Positions 1 through 11,005 of a stretch of DNA of 64,000 nucleotides are shown here, one piece after another. Positions within the stretch are counted from its first letter, which is position 1, and every line of letters begins with the position of its first letter. The stretch is from NCBI GenBank assembly GCA_963765765.1, contig CAVXYC010000014.1:1-64000 (forward strand). The letters run 5' to 3'. The notes beneath the pieces are model-generated. The model searched no databases. It saw only the letters and a program-made list of their open reading frames with translations, and was not told the DNA's origin. Position numbers and translations under genes: made by a program. Source of the DNA: an uncultured Chloroflexia bacterium. GTDB lineage: Bacteria > Chloroflexota > UBA6077 > JACCZL01.

Positions 1-1
1 C

Positions 2-397
2 CAGCGCTTCCTTTCCGATGGCGTCGCGGCCGGACTGGCGTTGCCGGAGCGGGTCCGCGCCCGGTGCCGCGCGGTGGCGCACTCCGAGGCGGAGAACATG
101 GCGGGGCTGATGGAGTTGGTGCCGATCGGCGTGCAGATCGGCCTCGCCGCGGGCCCGGACCCGGCGGGCAGCTTCATGGTGCTGCGGGGGCGCGAACGGG
201 CGAACGTCATCGGCACCCCGTTCGCGCCCGACGCGGCGCCGTTCGCAACCAGCGGCGTGGCGAGCATCATCGGCGCGGACGACGCCATCGCCGTCCACCA
301 GCGCGTGGCGGAGGCCGCGTGGCGCGACGCGCTGAAGGGCGCCGACGCCGCGGCGCGGGTGCGGGCCTTGGTGGCCGAAGCGAAGCGCACCGAGTGA
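2..397 (+). CDS. Partial conserved hypothetical protein (C-terminal part; 5' end outside window)
   Basis: Frame open from position 2 to TGA at 395-397; GC-rich codon usage; no diagnostic motif recognised with certainty. Confidence 0.5.
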   Translation, partial: QRFLSDGVAAGLALPERVRARCRAVAHSEAENMAGLMELVPIGVQIGLAAGPDPAGSFMVLRGRERANVIGTPFAPDAAPFATSGVASIIGADDAIAVHQRVAEAAWRDALKGADAAARVRALVAEAKRTE

Positions 398-428
398 GGA
401 AGCGTGAGCCGCGGCGGCCGGGCGCGCG

Positions 429-3056
429 TCAGGCCACGACGCGTTCGGCGACCATCACGTCCTCCTCGGCGGGCGAGCGGCGCAAGGCGAAGCCGAGCCG
501 CCGCACGAAGTCGAGCATCGGCGCGTTGTCCGCCAGCACCTGCCCGACGACCGTCCCGACGCCCTGGCTCCTGGCCCAATCGAAGAGCCGCTCCATGAGG
601 AAGCGGCCGAGGCCCTGGCCCTTCATCTCGTCAGCCACGATGACAGCGAATTCCGCTTCGTCGCCGCCGGGATCGCGGATCAGGCGGGCCGCGCCCAGGG
701 TTTCGCCGGTTGCCTCGCGCGTGGCGATGAAGGCCATCTCGCGGTCGTAGTCGATCTGCACGAGGCGGGCGATCAGGGCCGGCGACAGCTCCCGGATGGG
801 GGAGAAGAAGCGCCAGCGGATGTCCGCGGGCGGAACCCGGCGGAAGGCTTCGGCGTGCGCCGCGGTGTCCTCCGGCCTGATCGGACGCACGAGAAGCCTC
901 TCGCCGCTCCGGGTCGTGAAGGGCCGCGCCAGCTCCGCTGGATAGGGCGGGATGGCGAGCACCCCCTTCTCGCCCGCTGGCCGCAGGGTGAAGGACGCGT
1001 CGAGGGCGAGCACGCCCGGCGCGTCGGCGATGAGCGGGTTGACCGAGCACGCCGCGATCTCGGGCCAGTCGACCGCGATCTGCGACAATCGCACCAGCGC
1101 CTCGGCGACGGCGGCCCGGTTCGCGGGCGGCAGATCCCGGAAGCCGGCGAGCAACCTGCCGGCGCGCGAGCGGCCGATGAGCTGCGAGGCCAAAGCGAGG
1201 TTCAGCGGCGGCAGGTCGTAGGCCTCGTCCTCGGCGATGTCCGCCGCCGTGCCGCCCTGGCCGAAGCCGATCCACGGCCCGAACATCGGGTCGTCGCCGA
1301 GGCGGAGCCGGAGTTCCAACGCGCGGATCGCCTGGCGTTGCACCAGGAAGCCGCTCGTCTTCGCGTCCGGCCGGAGCGTCCGCACGCGCTCCAGCATGGC
1401 CTCGGCCGTCTGGCGCACCGCGCGCGCCGATTGCAGGCCGATGACCACGCCGCCGACCTCGCTCTTGTGCTTCAGATCGGGGCTGAGGATCTTCAGCACC
1501 ACGGGGAAGCGCAGCATCGCGGCGGCGTCGGCCGCTTCCGCCGGGCCCGCCGCGCGCCGGCCGGGCACTGTCGGGAGCCCGTAAGCGGACAGCACCGCGA
1601 GGGACTCCACGTCGTCGAGCGCGAGGCGGCGGTCGGCGCGCACCCGGTCGAAGATGCCGCGCACCCGGGCGCGGTCGGGTTCGAGGTCGAGCACGTCGCG
1701 CGCAGGCAGCTCGGCGGCGGCGGCGCGGTTCCGCCGGTCCTGCGCGAGGTGCAGCGCGCCGCGCACTGCGCTTTCCGGTGTGGCGAAAACCGCGAGGCCG
1801 GCGCGCGCCATTTGCTCGCGTTGCGGCGCCGCCGTCTCCTGTCCGGTCCAGGCAACCAGCACGGGAGCGGTCCGCCCACGCTGCGCCGAGGCCGCGGCGA
1901 TCATCGCCTCGGCTTCCGCCGCGCCGTTTCCGTGGGGCGTCGGCGCGCGCATGGCCACCACCGCATCCACCTCCGGCACCGCGGCGAGGCAGGCCGCGGC
2001 TTCCGCCAGGCGCGTGCCGGCGGTGGCGCCCAGCGAGAGCGGGTTCCTCGCCGCGTCGGCGTCGGGAAGGTGGACTCGCAGGCACTCGCGCGCCGCCGGG
2101 CTCAGCTCGGCCAACCGGCCGCCGCCGGCGATCACCGCATCCGCCGCGATGCGGCCGAGTCCGATGCCGTTGCCGAGGAGGGCGATGCGGTCGCCGTGGC
2201 GGAGATTTGCCGAGCGCACGCGGACGCGGGCGAGCGTTTCCGCCGCGGCGAGCAGGTCCTCCAGCCCGGACACGCGGAGCACGCCGGCGCGGCGGAGCGC
2301 CGCCTCCATCACCGCGTCGCCGAGGCCCGATCCGTCGGCCTCGCGCCCACCCGCCCGCAGCGCCACCACCGGGCGCGTGCGGGCAACGGCGCGCGCGGCG
2401 GAGATGAAGGCGCGGCGATTGCGGATGCGCCGTATGTCGAGGAGCGCGACGCCCGCTTCCCCGTCGCGGGCGATCCAGTCGAGCGCGGTGGCGAAGCCGA
2501 CATTGGCGTTGCCGCCGATGCCGACCATGTGGCTGAAGCCGAGGCCTTCGCCGGCCGCCCAGTCGAGCACGGCGCGCGCGGTCGCTGCGGACTGGCTCAC
2601 CAGCGCGAGCTTGCCGCGCGACGGCTGCAGATGCGCGAGCGATGCGTTCAGCCGCAGGCCCGGCACGCACAATCCGAAGCTGTTCGGCCCCAGCACGCGC
2701 ACCCCGGTGCGGGCCGAGATCTCCATCAGGCCGGGCGCCGAGCCGGGCACGATGGCGGCCCGGCACCCGCGCGCCGCGAGCGCGGCCATGGCGCCGGCGA
2801 GGGCCGGTCCCGACAGGCAGAGCACGGCGAGGTCGGGCGGCGCGGGCAGATCGGCGATCGTGGCCACGCCTTCCATGCCCGCGGCCACGAGCCCCGATGC
2901 GTGCATCGCTCCGGTGAAGCCGCCTTCCACGAGGTTGCGGGCGATCACCTCGGCATCCACGCGCCCGGGCTCGGCGAGAAGGGCGATGCTGCGGGGCCGA
3001 AACAGCGCCACGTTGCGACCGGGCGAAAGCTGGGGAGGTTGGCCGTACGTACTCAT
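429..3056 (-). CDS. Bifunctional acetate-CoA ligase-like/GNAT protein lysine acetyltransferase (Pat/PatZ type)
   Basis: CoA-binding N-terminus (LFRPRSIAL, RVLGPNSFG, GKLALVSQS), ATP-grasp (FPVVLKILSPDLKHKSEVGGV), C-terminal GNAT (VRPIRPED, QIDYDREMAFIA, GQGLGRFL); start approximate. Confidence 0.92.
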   Translation of the reverse strand: MSTYGQPPQLSPGRNVALFRPRSIALLAEPGRVDAEVIARNLVEGGFTGAMHASGLVAAGMEGVATIADLPAPPDLAVLCLSGPALAGAMAALAARGCRAAIVPGSAPGLMEISARTGVRVLGPNSFGLCVPGLRLNASLAHLQPSRGKLALVSQSAATARAVLDWAAGEGLGFSHMVGIGGNANVGFATALDWIARDGEAGVALLDIRRIRNRRAFISAARAVARTRPVVALRAGGREADGSGLGDAVMEAALRRAGVLRVSGLEDLLAAAETLARVRVRSANLRHGDRIALLGNGIGLGRIAADAVIAGGGRLAELSPAARECLRVHLPDADAARNPLSLGATAGTRLAEAAACLAAVPEVDAVVAMRAPTPHGNGAAEAEAMIAAASAQRGRTAPVLVAWTGQETAAPQREQMARAGLAVFATPESAVRGALHLAQDRRNRAAAAELPARDVLDLEPDRARVRGIFDRVRADRRLALDDVESLAVLSAYGLPTVPGRRAAGPAEAADAAAMLRFPVVLKILSPDLKHKSEVGGVVIGLQSARAVRQTAEAMLERVRTLRPDAKTSGFLVQRQAIRALELRLRLGDDPMFGPWIGFGQGGTAADIAEDEAYDLPPLNLALASQLIGRSRAGRLLAGFRDLPPANRAAVAEALVRLSQIAVDWPEIAACSVNPLIADAPGVLALDASFTLRPAGEKGVLAIPPYPAELARPFTTRSGERLLVRPIRPEDTAAHAEAFRRVPPADIRWRFFSPIRELSPALIARLVQIDYDREMAFIATREATGETLGAARLIRDPGGDEAEFAVIVADEMKGQGLGRFLMERLFDWARSQGVGTVVGQVLADNAPMLDFVRRLGFALRRSPAEEDVMVAERVVA

Positions 3057-3150
3057 GCTGCGGCGCAGCATGGCGCGATCCTGCGTGGCCCTGCAAGCGG
3101 CGGCTCCACGCGCGTTCGGCGTTTGGCGATAAACCGTTGCATGATGGCCG

Positions 3151-3666
3151 GTGCCTGGCGGCAGGAAGGAGGAAGGTTTGGATTCCGACACGCGCGATGG
3201 ATCTGCAAGGGCGGGTGCCCCGCCGCCCCTCGCCGTGGTCCGTCCGGATTGGGTGGACAGCTACGGCCATATGAACATGGCGTTCTACCTCGCCGTGTTC
3301 GACATGGCGACGGACGCGGTGTGGCCGAGGCTCGGGCTCGGGGCGGCGTTCAACGCGAAAGGCTTAGGCACCTTCGCGGCCGAGACCTGGGTGAACTACG
3401 TGCGCGAGGTGCGCGAAGGCATGCCGCTCGATTGCGAAAGCGAGGTGCTCGCCTTCGACGCGAAGCGCTTGATCGGGCTGCATCGGATGCGCCACGCCGC
3501 CGAGGGCTGGCTCGTCGCCGAGAACGAGGTGCTTTACCTATGCGTCGACCTGTCGGCGCGGCGTGTCACCGGCTGGCCTCCCGATGTGCTGGAGCGCTTC
3601 GCGGCGGAAGCGACGGGCCGCGAACCGCGGCGGTTGGCGCTCACCCGCCGCGACCGTGCCGGCTAG
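3151..3666 (+). CDS. Acyl-CoA thioesterase (4HBT/hotdog family)
   Basis: VRPDWVDSYGHMNMAFYLAVFD motif; start uncertain. Confidence 0.85.
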   Translation: MPGGRKEEGLDSDTRDGSARAGAPPPLAVVRPDWVDSYGHMNMAFYLAVFDMATDAVWPRLGLGAAFNAKGLGTFAAETWVNYVREVREGMPLDCESEVLAFDAKRLIGLHRMRHAAEGWLVAENEVLYLCVDLSARRVTGWPPDVLERFAAEATGREPRRLALTRRDRAG

Positions 3667-3900
3667 ACCGGGCCGATCCGGCGCCGCAGCGCTTCCACAT
3701 CGGCGGCGCGCGGATGGGCGGTGCCGGGTCGCATCACCGCGGCCGCTCCCGCCGCCATGCCGAGCGCGAAGGCTTCGCGCGGCGACTCGCCGCGGGAAAG
3801 GGCGCAGACCATCGCGGCGAGGAAGCTGTCGCCCGCGCCGACCGCGCCGAGAGCCGGCACGTCCAGAGCGGGCAGGCGCAGCACGCCGTCCGGCGCGGCC
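3663..3900 (-). pseudogene. 3' fragment of PfkB-family (1-phosphofructokinase-like) sugar kinase, truncated at junction
   Basis: PfkB signature GAVGAGDSFLAAMV and GMAAGAAAVMRPGT; upstream sequence replaced by Rieske gene. Confidence 0.85.
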
Positions 3901-4310
3901 CCATGTAGGTCCACACGATGCCATTGCGATCCTCACATGGATACGCCGTGACCTTGACCTTGTGCTTGAAGTTGCTCTCAGGCGGCTCGTTGGGCATATC
4001 CACACAGGCGCCGGAAGTATCGAACTTCCAGCCGTGATAGACGCACCGCAGTCCGGACTCCTCGTTGCGGCCGAAGAAGAGCGAAGCGCCGCGGTGCGGG
4101 CAGTTCTGCGCAACTAGGCCAACATTGCCATCGGTATCTCGGAACGCGATCAGGTCCTCGCCGAGCAGCCGAACGCGGAGCGGCGGACCATCGGGGGCGG
4201 GCAGCTCTTCCGAAAGACACGCGGGGATCCAGTACTCCCGCATGAACCGTACCCATGGGCGTCCCGGGTCCCACCCTCGTAAGTAGCTCGTTGTCCTCGC
4301 GCGTCAGCAT
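3895..4310 (-). pseudogene. 5' fragment of Rieske non-heme iron oxygenase (paralog 1), frameshift ~4245, truncated after WTYMGP
   Basis: MLTREDNELLTRVGPGTPMG; CPHRGASLFFGRNEESGLRCVYHGWKF Rieske motif; catalytic domain absent. Confidence 0.9.
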
Positions 4311-4407
4311 TGCGCCCCTCCTCGGTTATCATTTGCCATCATACCGCCGCAACGAGGATCGGCACAGCGTCGCCGCACGCTAAAGCGCTTCAGGGCGCTG
4401 GATGGGC

Positions 4408-4440
4408 AAAAGAAACGGGTGGCCCGTCGGGCCGTCCGTT
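4408..4440 (-). terminator. Rho-independent terminator after TctC-like gene
   Basis: Minus strand AACGGACGGCCCG-A-CGGGCCACCCGTT hairpin followed by TCTTTT. Confidence 0.65.
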
Positions 4441-4465
4441 GCACCAATCCGAACGGAATCGAGAA

Positions 4466-5727
4466 CTACGACTCGTCCTTGGCCATCTCCGCATTGAATT
4501 TTTCAACCGTGGACTTCGGCGTCGACAAGATAGTCATGGATGATCTTTTGAACGGTCTCGCCGGGAACGGGGATAACGTTCAGCCGAGATCGATTGGCCT
4601 CGGCGAGGAACTCGGGATCCTGCAAGCGTGTCCCAGAGTGCCGCGCGATAGGTCTGGAACCATGTTCTCTGGCATGCCGGGCGGCGCAAGGAACACGCGT
4701 GACCACTGGAAGGGCATGCGGGCGACGTCGAACAGTCGCTGGTCCTCAGGCTGATTTATTCGGCCAGGAGCTGCATCATGGTGGGCGTGTCCTTCAGAGT
4801 GCGGGCGATCCTTGGCGTCGCCGAACTGAACAACGGGCACCACCGCGCCACTCGCAAACTGATCCTGCAGGAGCCGCTCCTGAGTGTCGGAGTCGGTGAT
4901 CATGCCATCCGTCTCATTGCGCTGGATGCTAAGCGAGATCTCGGGATTGCCGGCGAAGCCGAAGATGCTCTGCACCTTCCAACCGAGCGACATTCGCGCC
5001 AGCGACGAAAAGAGGTGCGGCGATGATCCTGGGTCCTGCTGAGCCAGACGCCAAGTTCCGGACATGAGAGCGTTCGCGATTCGTCGCCGTTAGACCGTCG
5101 CGAGCCCGCATCGCCAGCACTTGCGTACCAACGTCGCCGCTCCCAAGCCAGTTGATCTTGGTCACGTCATAGCGGACGCCTTCCGCGGGCCCCTCACCGT
5201 AAGCTGGAAATACGGGATGTAGCGGTCCACCATGCCGAACGTGAGACCATCAGGCTTCGCCTGATAGATGAAGTTCGTCGCCACACGGTGGTTGGCGCCG
5301 TCCATGTTCTGCACGATCATCTGTGGATTGCCGGGAAGGTGCTTGCCCATGAACCGGGCCACCGTTCGCGACCAGGTGTCATAGCCACCGCCAGGGTTGG
5401 CACCCACAATGAGGGTGACGGTCTTTCCTTCAAAGGCAGACGCTAGCGACGGATCTACCTTTGCCGTTGATACCGCGGTGGTAGGGTTAGCTGCCGCCGC
5501 AGGAGACGCCGCCGCCCCGGGGAAGCCGCCGGGGACGCCGCAGCACCTGGCGAGGCCGCCGCCGCGGGTGAGGCGGCTGCGGCCGGAGATGCCGCGGGCT
5601 TCGCGGGCTCCGACGCTTTCGGGGCGGCGGTCGGGCTTGCCGGCGCAGCCGACTGGCAGGCCGTAGCAAGGAGCACGCCACCCGTGATGACGACGGACCA
5701 TAAAGATGTTCGGAACCGACTTACCAT
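4466..5727 (-). CDS. Tripartite tricarboxylate transporter substrate-binding lipoprotein (TctC/Bug family), several frameshifts
   Basis: Lipobox LLATAC, Pro/Ala linker, FEGKTVTLIVGANPGGGYDTWSR, HLPGNPQMIVQNMDGA, AKPDGLT, RVFLAPPGMP; split over several ORFs. Confidence 0.85.
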
Positions 5728-6528
5728 TCTCTCTCCAGACACATGCGGAGCCGCCCTAGGATGCACTCCGCTTAGATCAAAATCACCGGTGCGACAAACA
5801 CGCGCATCTGCCGCACCGTCGATATTGGGGCACGTGGAACTCGACCGTAACAGGCCGAAGGAGTCGGAGTCAACAATTCCCAAAGTCATCCGCCTTTGCG
5901 TGAAGTGGTCAATGCGGTCCTTAAGCGGTTATCCGCCATTGGGGGGATAGAAGGAAGGGCGCTCCACATCGTCAATCCGCTTTACCAAAGGCAAGATCGA
6001 GACCAGGGTCTCGAACGGAGAGCCGGGCGCGGTTGAAGCGCACGCACGGAAATGCCCGACTCTCACGAGGTGACTGGATATCGTGTCGGAATCAATATTC
6101 ATCGAGGTCCTCGGTGCTCGCCCTGGCGATTAGCCCAGCACCTTCTGCCCCTGGAGCAGGTTCAGTTCAACACTGACGCTTTCCGAACTTCGTGGCTGCG
6201 GAGCTTCATGACTCCGCGGCCACGCAAGAGCCAGGTGCATCTCAGGCTAAGCGGAAGGATGGATCCCGCGAAGATGCTGCCGTCTCTTCAGGTCACCGAA
6301 CGGTGCGCCTTTGAGCGCGTCTGGTCATTTACCGACTGCGCGGCAGCGGGACGTGCTTACAATACGCTGGTGGCCCATCTTACGGAGCGGTAGGGTCGAA
6401 ACACCCGAAGTATCGCTACGCGTCGTGTAATGCATCTCAGCGTCGAATAGTCGTCGGTTACAATCCTTTGCGGTCGCCTAACAACGGTGATCGCGGAAAC
6501 TGACGAATCGGGGATCATTCACCTTCTC

Positions 6529-7714
6529 ATGCCACGCTATCGTGCGTCACTCTTGTCAGGCATCGCGTTTGGAGTTGGAGCAACGCTGCTGTACGCGGCA
6601 ACCAAGCGTGTACCGCAAGCTCGTCCAAACACCCTCATTGGGTGGGAGTGGGCCACGAAACGTGGCTAACCGTGTCTCCGGTGCGGATGGAACGCTCAGT
6701 GCGGCAGAGCGAAGCGAGCTCGAGCCGTATTATCGCGCCATGGTGCAAGAGCTGGAAGCGCCGATCTCCGATTACACCGGGACCGTTCTACCGCAATCCA
6801 CTGAGGTCTATGTCATGGACCGGCGGGATTGGATCGTCGCGAACGTCGCGAATTTCCGCGAGCTTTTCGAGCCGATTGACGAGCTGTACGTCGAAATGTC
6901 CCGCGCCAGTGGCCCCACTCTTCCAGGCGTTCCGCAAGCCGGGCAGGCAATACTCAGTGCCCAGGTTGGCACGCTCATGGGATACCTCGCGCGCCGAGTG
7001 CTTGGCCAGTACGACATGAGCTTGCTGGGCACGGAAGTTTTGCTCAGAGGCAAGCTCTACTTTGTGGAGCCAAACATCCGAGGCTTGCAGCAAACGATGG
7101 GTGTTCCAGTGGATGAGCTTCGACGCTGGATCGCTCTACACGAGTCAACTCACGCTCACGAGTTCGAAGTGTATCCGTGGGTGCGCGGTTATATGAACGA
7201 TCACCTGCAGCGATACCTGCGCTCCGTCGTTAGTGAGATGCGGCGCGGGCAGAACGGTAATGGCGTGGCTGGGTTCGTCACCAGGTTGGTTGAAAATCTT
7301 CGCAGTGGTCGCTCCATGCTGGAATCTATGATGACCGAAGAGCAGCGTGAGATCGTCTCACGACTCCAGGCATTGATGAGTCTGGCGGAGGGCTACAGCA
7401 ACCACGTGATGAATGCCGTGGGACGCCAGCTTCTTCCCAGCTTCGATCTGATTCACGAACGAGTGGAGCAGCGCCAACAACGACGTGGGCGAGCTGAGGA
7501 GATGTTCCTGCGCATCACCGGACTCAAGATGAAGATGGAGCAGTATCGACTTGGCGAAGCGTTTACCGACGAAGTCGTCAGGCAGCGGGACATCAGTTTT
7601 CTGAACCGCGCCTGGCAGGCGCCCGAGAATCTACCCAGCGAGTGGGAGATTCAGCATCCGCTGGACTGGGTTCGTCGAATCGAGCAGCAGTCAGCCATAC
7701 CTAACCACGCGTGA
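6529..7714 (+). CDS. Zinc-dependent metalloprotease-like protein (DUF2342 family), frameshift ~6650
   Basis: DRRDWIVAN, GYLARRVLGQYD, LYFVEPNI, WIALHESTH (HExxH), LMSLAEGYSNHVM, KMEQYRLGEAF. Confidence 0.85.
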
Positions 7715-7720
7715 GGCGCC

Positions 7721-8209
7721 ATGGACACAATGCGCTACACGCTCGTAGACGAGCGCTCAAAGATAAGTTTCGTTGGCCCAGTGACGGCACTTCCGTCGGT
7801 GGTAGCGGCATGCGCTACGGGCGTTCCGACAGTGGACGCGTTCCTCGATGCTCTGGAGCGGTATCAGCCCAGGCTCGTTGAGTCAGTACGCAGCGGGCTA
7901 GCGGTGTTCGATGAGCACAATACGAATGGCAACTTCAGCCAAATTCATGGCGCGCTCGATTACTGCAAGCCGCAGGACTTACCGCCTTTCCGCGTTGTGG
8001 ATGCTCGAACCCGCGAGGCCAGCTTGACTCCTGTGCGAGCGGGTGTGGTGCTCTTCAATCTCTCCGCGCGCCGCATCGTGCAAATTCAGAACACGTACGC
8101 GCAGATCCAGCGCACGGGCAAAGTCCGCGTACTGGATTCCGAGTCTCAGCGCGTGCGAGTGCAGCGCTACGAGCTCCCGCCCGAGTGGTCATTGGTCCCC
8201 GAGCAGTAG
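7721..8209 (+). CDS. Conserved hypothetical protein, likely co-transcribed with DUF2342 gene
   Basis: 162-aa ORF 6 bp after upstream stop, GAGG RBS, natural composition. Confidence 0.75.
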   Translation: MDTMRYTLVDERSKISFVGPVTALPSVVAACATGVPTVDAFLDALERYQPRLVESVRSGLAVFDEHNTNGNFSQIHGALDYCKPQDLPPFRVVDARTREASLTPVRAGVVLFNLSARRIVQIQNTYAQIQRTGKVRVLDSESQRVRVQRYELPPEWSLVPEQ

Positions 8210-8273
8210 CCACTTTACCGATGTTGCGCCGATGGGTCCGCCAGCCAGGCGCGAAGCGCCTTCGGCCAGCAAA

Positions 8274-9530
8274 TTAGAGCACAGGGTGGAAGATCGCGTT
8301 CTCGTGTTGCTTCAGTACCCCGTCTAGCTCTGCCGACGGGGCTACTACGTCAAGAGAGCGCACGTGGAATAGCTCACCGCCGCGCGCCGCGAAGGGCTCA
8401 TTGCCTTGCTCCAGATCGCGGGCGAGCTTGAGTAGCTGTCGGCGATACATGATGATCGCCAGATCGGATGTTCCGAGATGCTCCTTGGTGCGATTCATGA
8501 TCGGCCCCATGCTCTCGGTCGCCATGGAGTCCTGCGCGCGGAAATCCCAGATGCCAGAGAATGACACGTTTCGCTGCATCTCACGATCGATCTGATAGTC
8601 GTTGTGCCGATTGGCCACGGGCATGATGGAACCCTGCGGCCGGGTGGGCGGATTCCCGGCGCGGGCCCGCGACTCGGCAGGGATCGGCTCGGCCGAGTTC
8701 CAGACAAATCGCCATCCGGTGCTGGTGTGATCGTCCATGGGGAACCACGCGCCGCTCGCGTACTGAGTGGTGTTGCTGGGGATGATGCTATAGCCGGGTA
8801 GCAGGCATTGGGTGATGCGCCAGTAATAGCCATCATCCGCGTCCCGCCGTGCTCCGTAGCAGAAACCGTAGTCAGTCTCTTTGATAGTGAGCTTGGGGGA
8901 GCCATGGTGCATCAGGACGGCGCCGTTGCTGCTCGTGCGTCGAAAGGCCCGGTCACCGCCGTCGAGTAGCTTGTGCAGAAATGACACGTGAGCCGTATCA
9001 AGGTCGCCTTCCATCGCTTGCGCGTAGTTGCACTCGTGATACCAGCGATGCACGACGCGCTGATCGTCCGGCACCAGGCACCATTCAAAATGGGGCAGCT
9101 CGGGCTTCAGGTCCGGCGGGCCCATGTAGATCCAGATCACTCCGCCCCAGTCTTCGGCTGGGTACGCAGTAATCTTTGACCTTGTGCTTGAAATTACTTT
9201 CCGGGGGCTCGTTCGGCATGTCCACGCATTCGCCGGACGTATTGAACTTCCAGCCATGGTAGACACAGCGAAGTCCGCATTCTTCGTTGCGACCGAAGAA
9301 CATCGAAGCCCCTCGATGAGGGCAGTTCTCCGCAACGAAGCCGACTTTCCCTTCGGTATCTCGAAAGCCAATGAGCTTTTCGCCGAGCACGGTCAAGCGC
9401 ACCGGGCGCAGTCCGGCTCGGGCAGCTCATCCGCGACCAGGGCCGGTAGCCAGAAGCGTCGGAACAGATTGCCCATAGGCGTGCCCGGGCCAGTTTGAGT
9501 CAGTAGCTCGATGTCACTCGATTTCAGCAC
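8274..9530 (-). CDS. Rieske oxygenase paralog 2 (LigXa/phthalate 4,5-dioxygenase-like), frameshifts ~9410 and ~9175
   Basis: GTG start VLKSSDIELLTQTGPGTPMG; CPHRG...CVYHGW; mononuclear Fe motif EGDLDTAHVSFLH; AQDSMATESMG; EHLGTSD. Confidence 0.9.
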
Positions 9531-9591
9531 AGCTCAGCATCTCCAGGGTTAGTGCGACGGGTTCAAGCCGACACGATCGGGTTTTGGGTTT

Positions 9592-10853
9592 CTACGGGAC
9601 GGAATGAAAGACTTCCTGGTCGTGGTTCCTTAGAAGCTCGTCCAGATCCTCAGCCTCATCCACGACGTCCAAAGCGCGGATGCTGTAAGTCTCGCCATGA
9701 GAAGCCGCGTAGGGCTCCACACCTTGCTCGAGCTCGCGGGCGAGTCTCAGCATCCGGCGACGATACATGATGATCGCCAGATCTGCTGTTCCCAGGTGCT
9801 CCCGAGTTCGGTCCATGATCGGTCCCATACTCTCGGTCGCCATGGTGTCCTGCGCTCGGAAATCCCAGATACCGGTGAATGTCTTGGTGCGCTGAAGCTC
9901 GCGGTCGATCTGGTAGTCGTTCCGCTTGTTGGCAATGGTCTTGACCGTGCCCTCGATGAGCGTTGGAGGAGCGCCAGCGCTCGCTCGCTGATCCTCCGGG
10001 ATGGGATGGTCGGCACTCCAGGAAAAGCGCCAGCCCCAGCTATTGTGATCGTCCATCGGAAACCAGGCGCCGCTGCTGGGCTGCTTCGTTGACGCTCGGA
10101 ATGATGCTGTAGCCGGGGAGCAGAAGCTGAGTGACTCGCCAGTAGAACGCATCGTCCGCGTCGCGTCGGGCACCGTAGCAGAATCCGTAGTCAGTCTCTT
10201 TCGCCGTGAGCTTGGGCGCGCCGTGGTTGATCAGCAGCTGACCGTTCGCACCTCGGCGTCGTAGCGTGGCGTTCGTCGATCCGTCCAGCGTCTTATGGAG
10301 GAACGACACATGCGTGGTATCGAGATCGCCTTCCATTGCCTGGGCGTAATTGCATTCCTGCGCCCAGCGGACGATAACGCGATGGCTATCCGGCACGAGA
10401 CCCCACTCGAAGCGAGGGATTTCGGGCTGATGCTCGGGCTTGCCCATGTAAATCCAGATCACGCCACCCCACTCCTCTGCTGGATAGGCGTTGATCTTGA
10501 CCTTGTGTTTGAAGTTGCTTTCCGGCGGCTCGTTCGGCATATCGACGCAAGCACCGGATGTGTCGAACTTCCAGCCATGGTAGACGCAGCGTAGCCCGCG
10601 ATTCCTCGTTACGGCCGAAGAACATCGAGGCCCCTCGATGCGGGCAATTCTCCGCGACGAAACCGACTTTCCCGTCGCTGTCACGGAAGCCAATGAGCTT
10701 CTCGTTGAGCATAGTGAGTCGTACGGGGGCGCAGTCAGGCTCGGGCAGCTCGTTCGGCAGCAGCGCCGGTAGCCAGAAGCGCCGAAAGACCTCGCCCATA
10801 GGCGTGCCCGGGCCGGTACGCGTCAGAAGCTCAATGTCGGATCGCTTCAACAT
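9592..10853 (-). CDS. Rieske oxygenase paralog 3, frameshifts ~10600 and ~10085
   Basis: MLKRSDIELLTRTGPGTPMG; CPHRG...CVYHGW; EGDLDTTHVSFLH; AQDTMATESMG. Confidence 0.9.
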
Positions 10854-11005
10854 GGATCAACGGCTCCCATAGCGCGGCCCAGCCCGCGCGCATCAACGTA
10901 TCCTGGGCAAAGTGTACCCGCAATTAACTCGATTAAAACCGCCGTTGGCAATTGGATCCTGACCATTAAAGATTGCCCCGGCAAGGGTTTTCCTGAGCGG
11001 CTCGC

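Noticed and set aside
631-3908. Very long alternative-frame ORFs (879, 1017 and 492 aa) overlapping the Pat gene
   Set aside because: Arg/Ala/Pro-rich shadow frames expected in very GC-rich DNA; the motif-bearing frame is 429-3056
3663-4310. Novel Rieske-PfkB fusion protein
   Set aside because: The halves are in different frames, both are truncated, and composition shifts at the join; better explained as a chimera
8274-10853. Programmed ribosomal frameshifting in the Rieske paralogs
   Set aside because: Shift positions differ among paralogs, no shared slippery heptamer, and indels occur throughout the window
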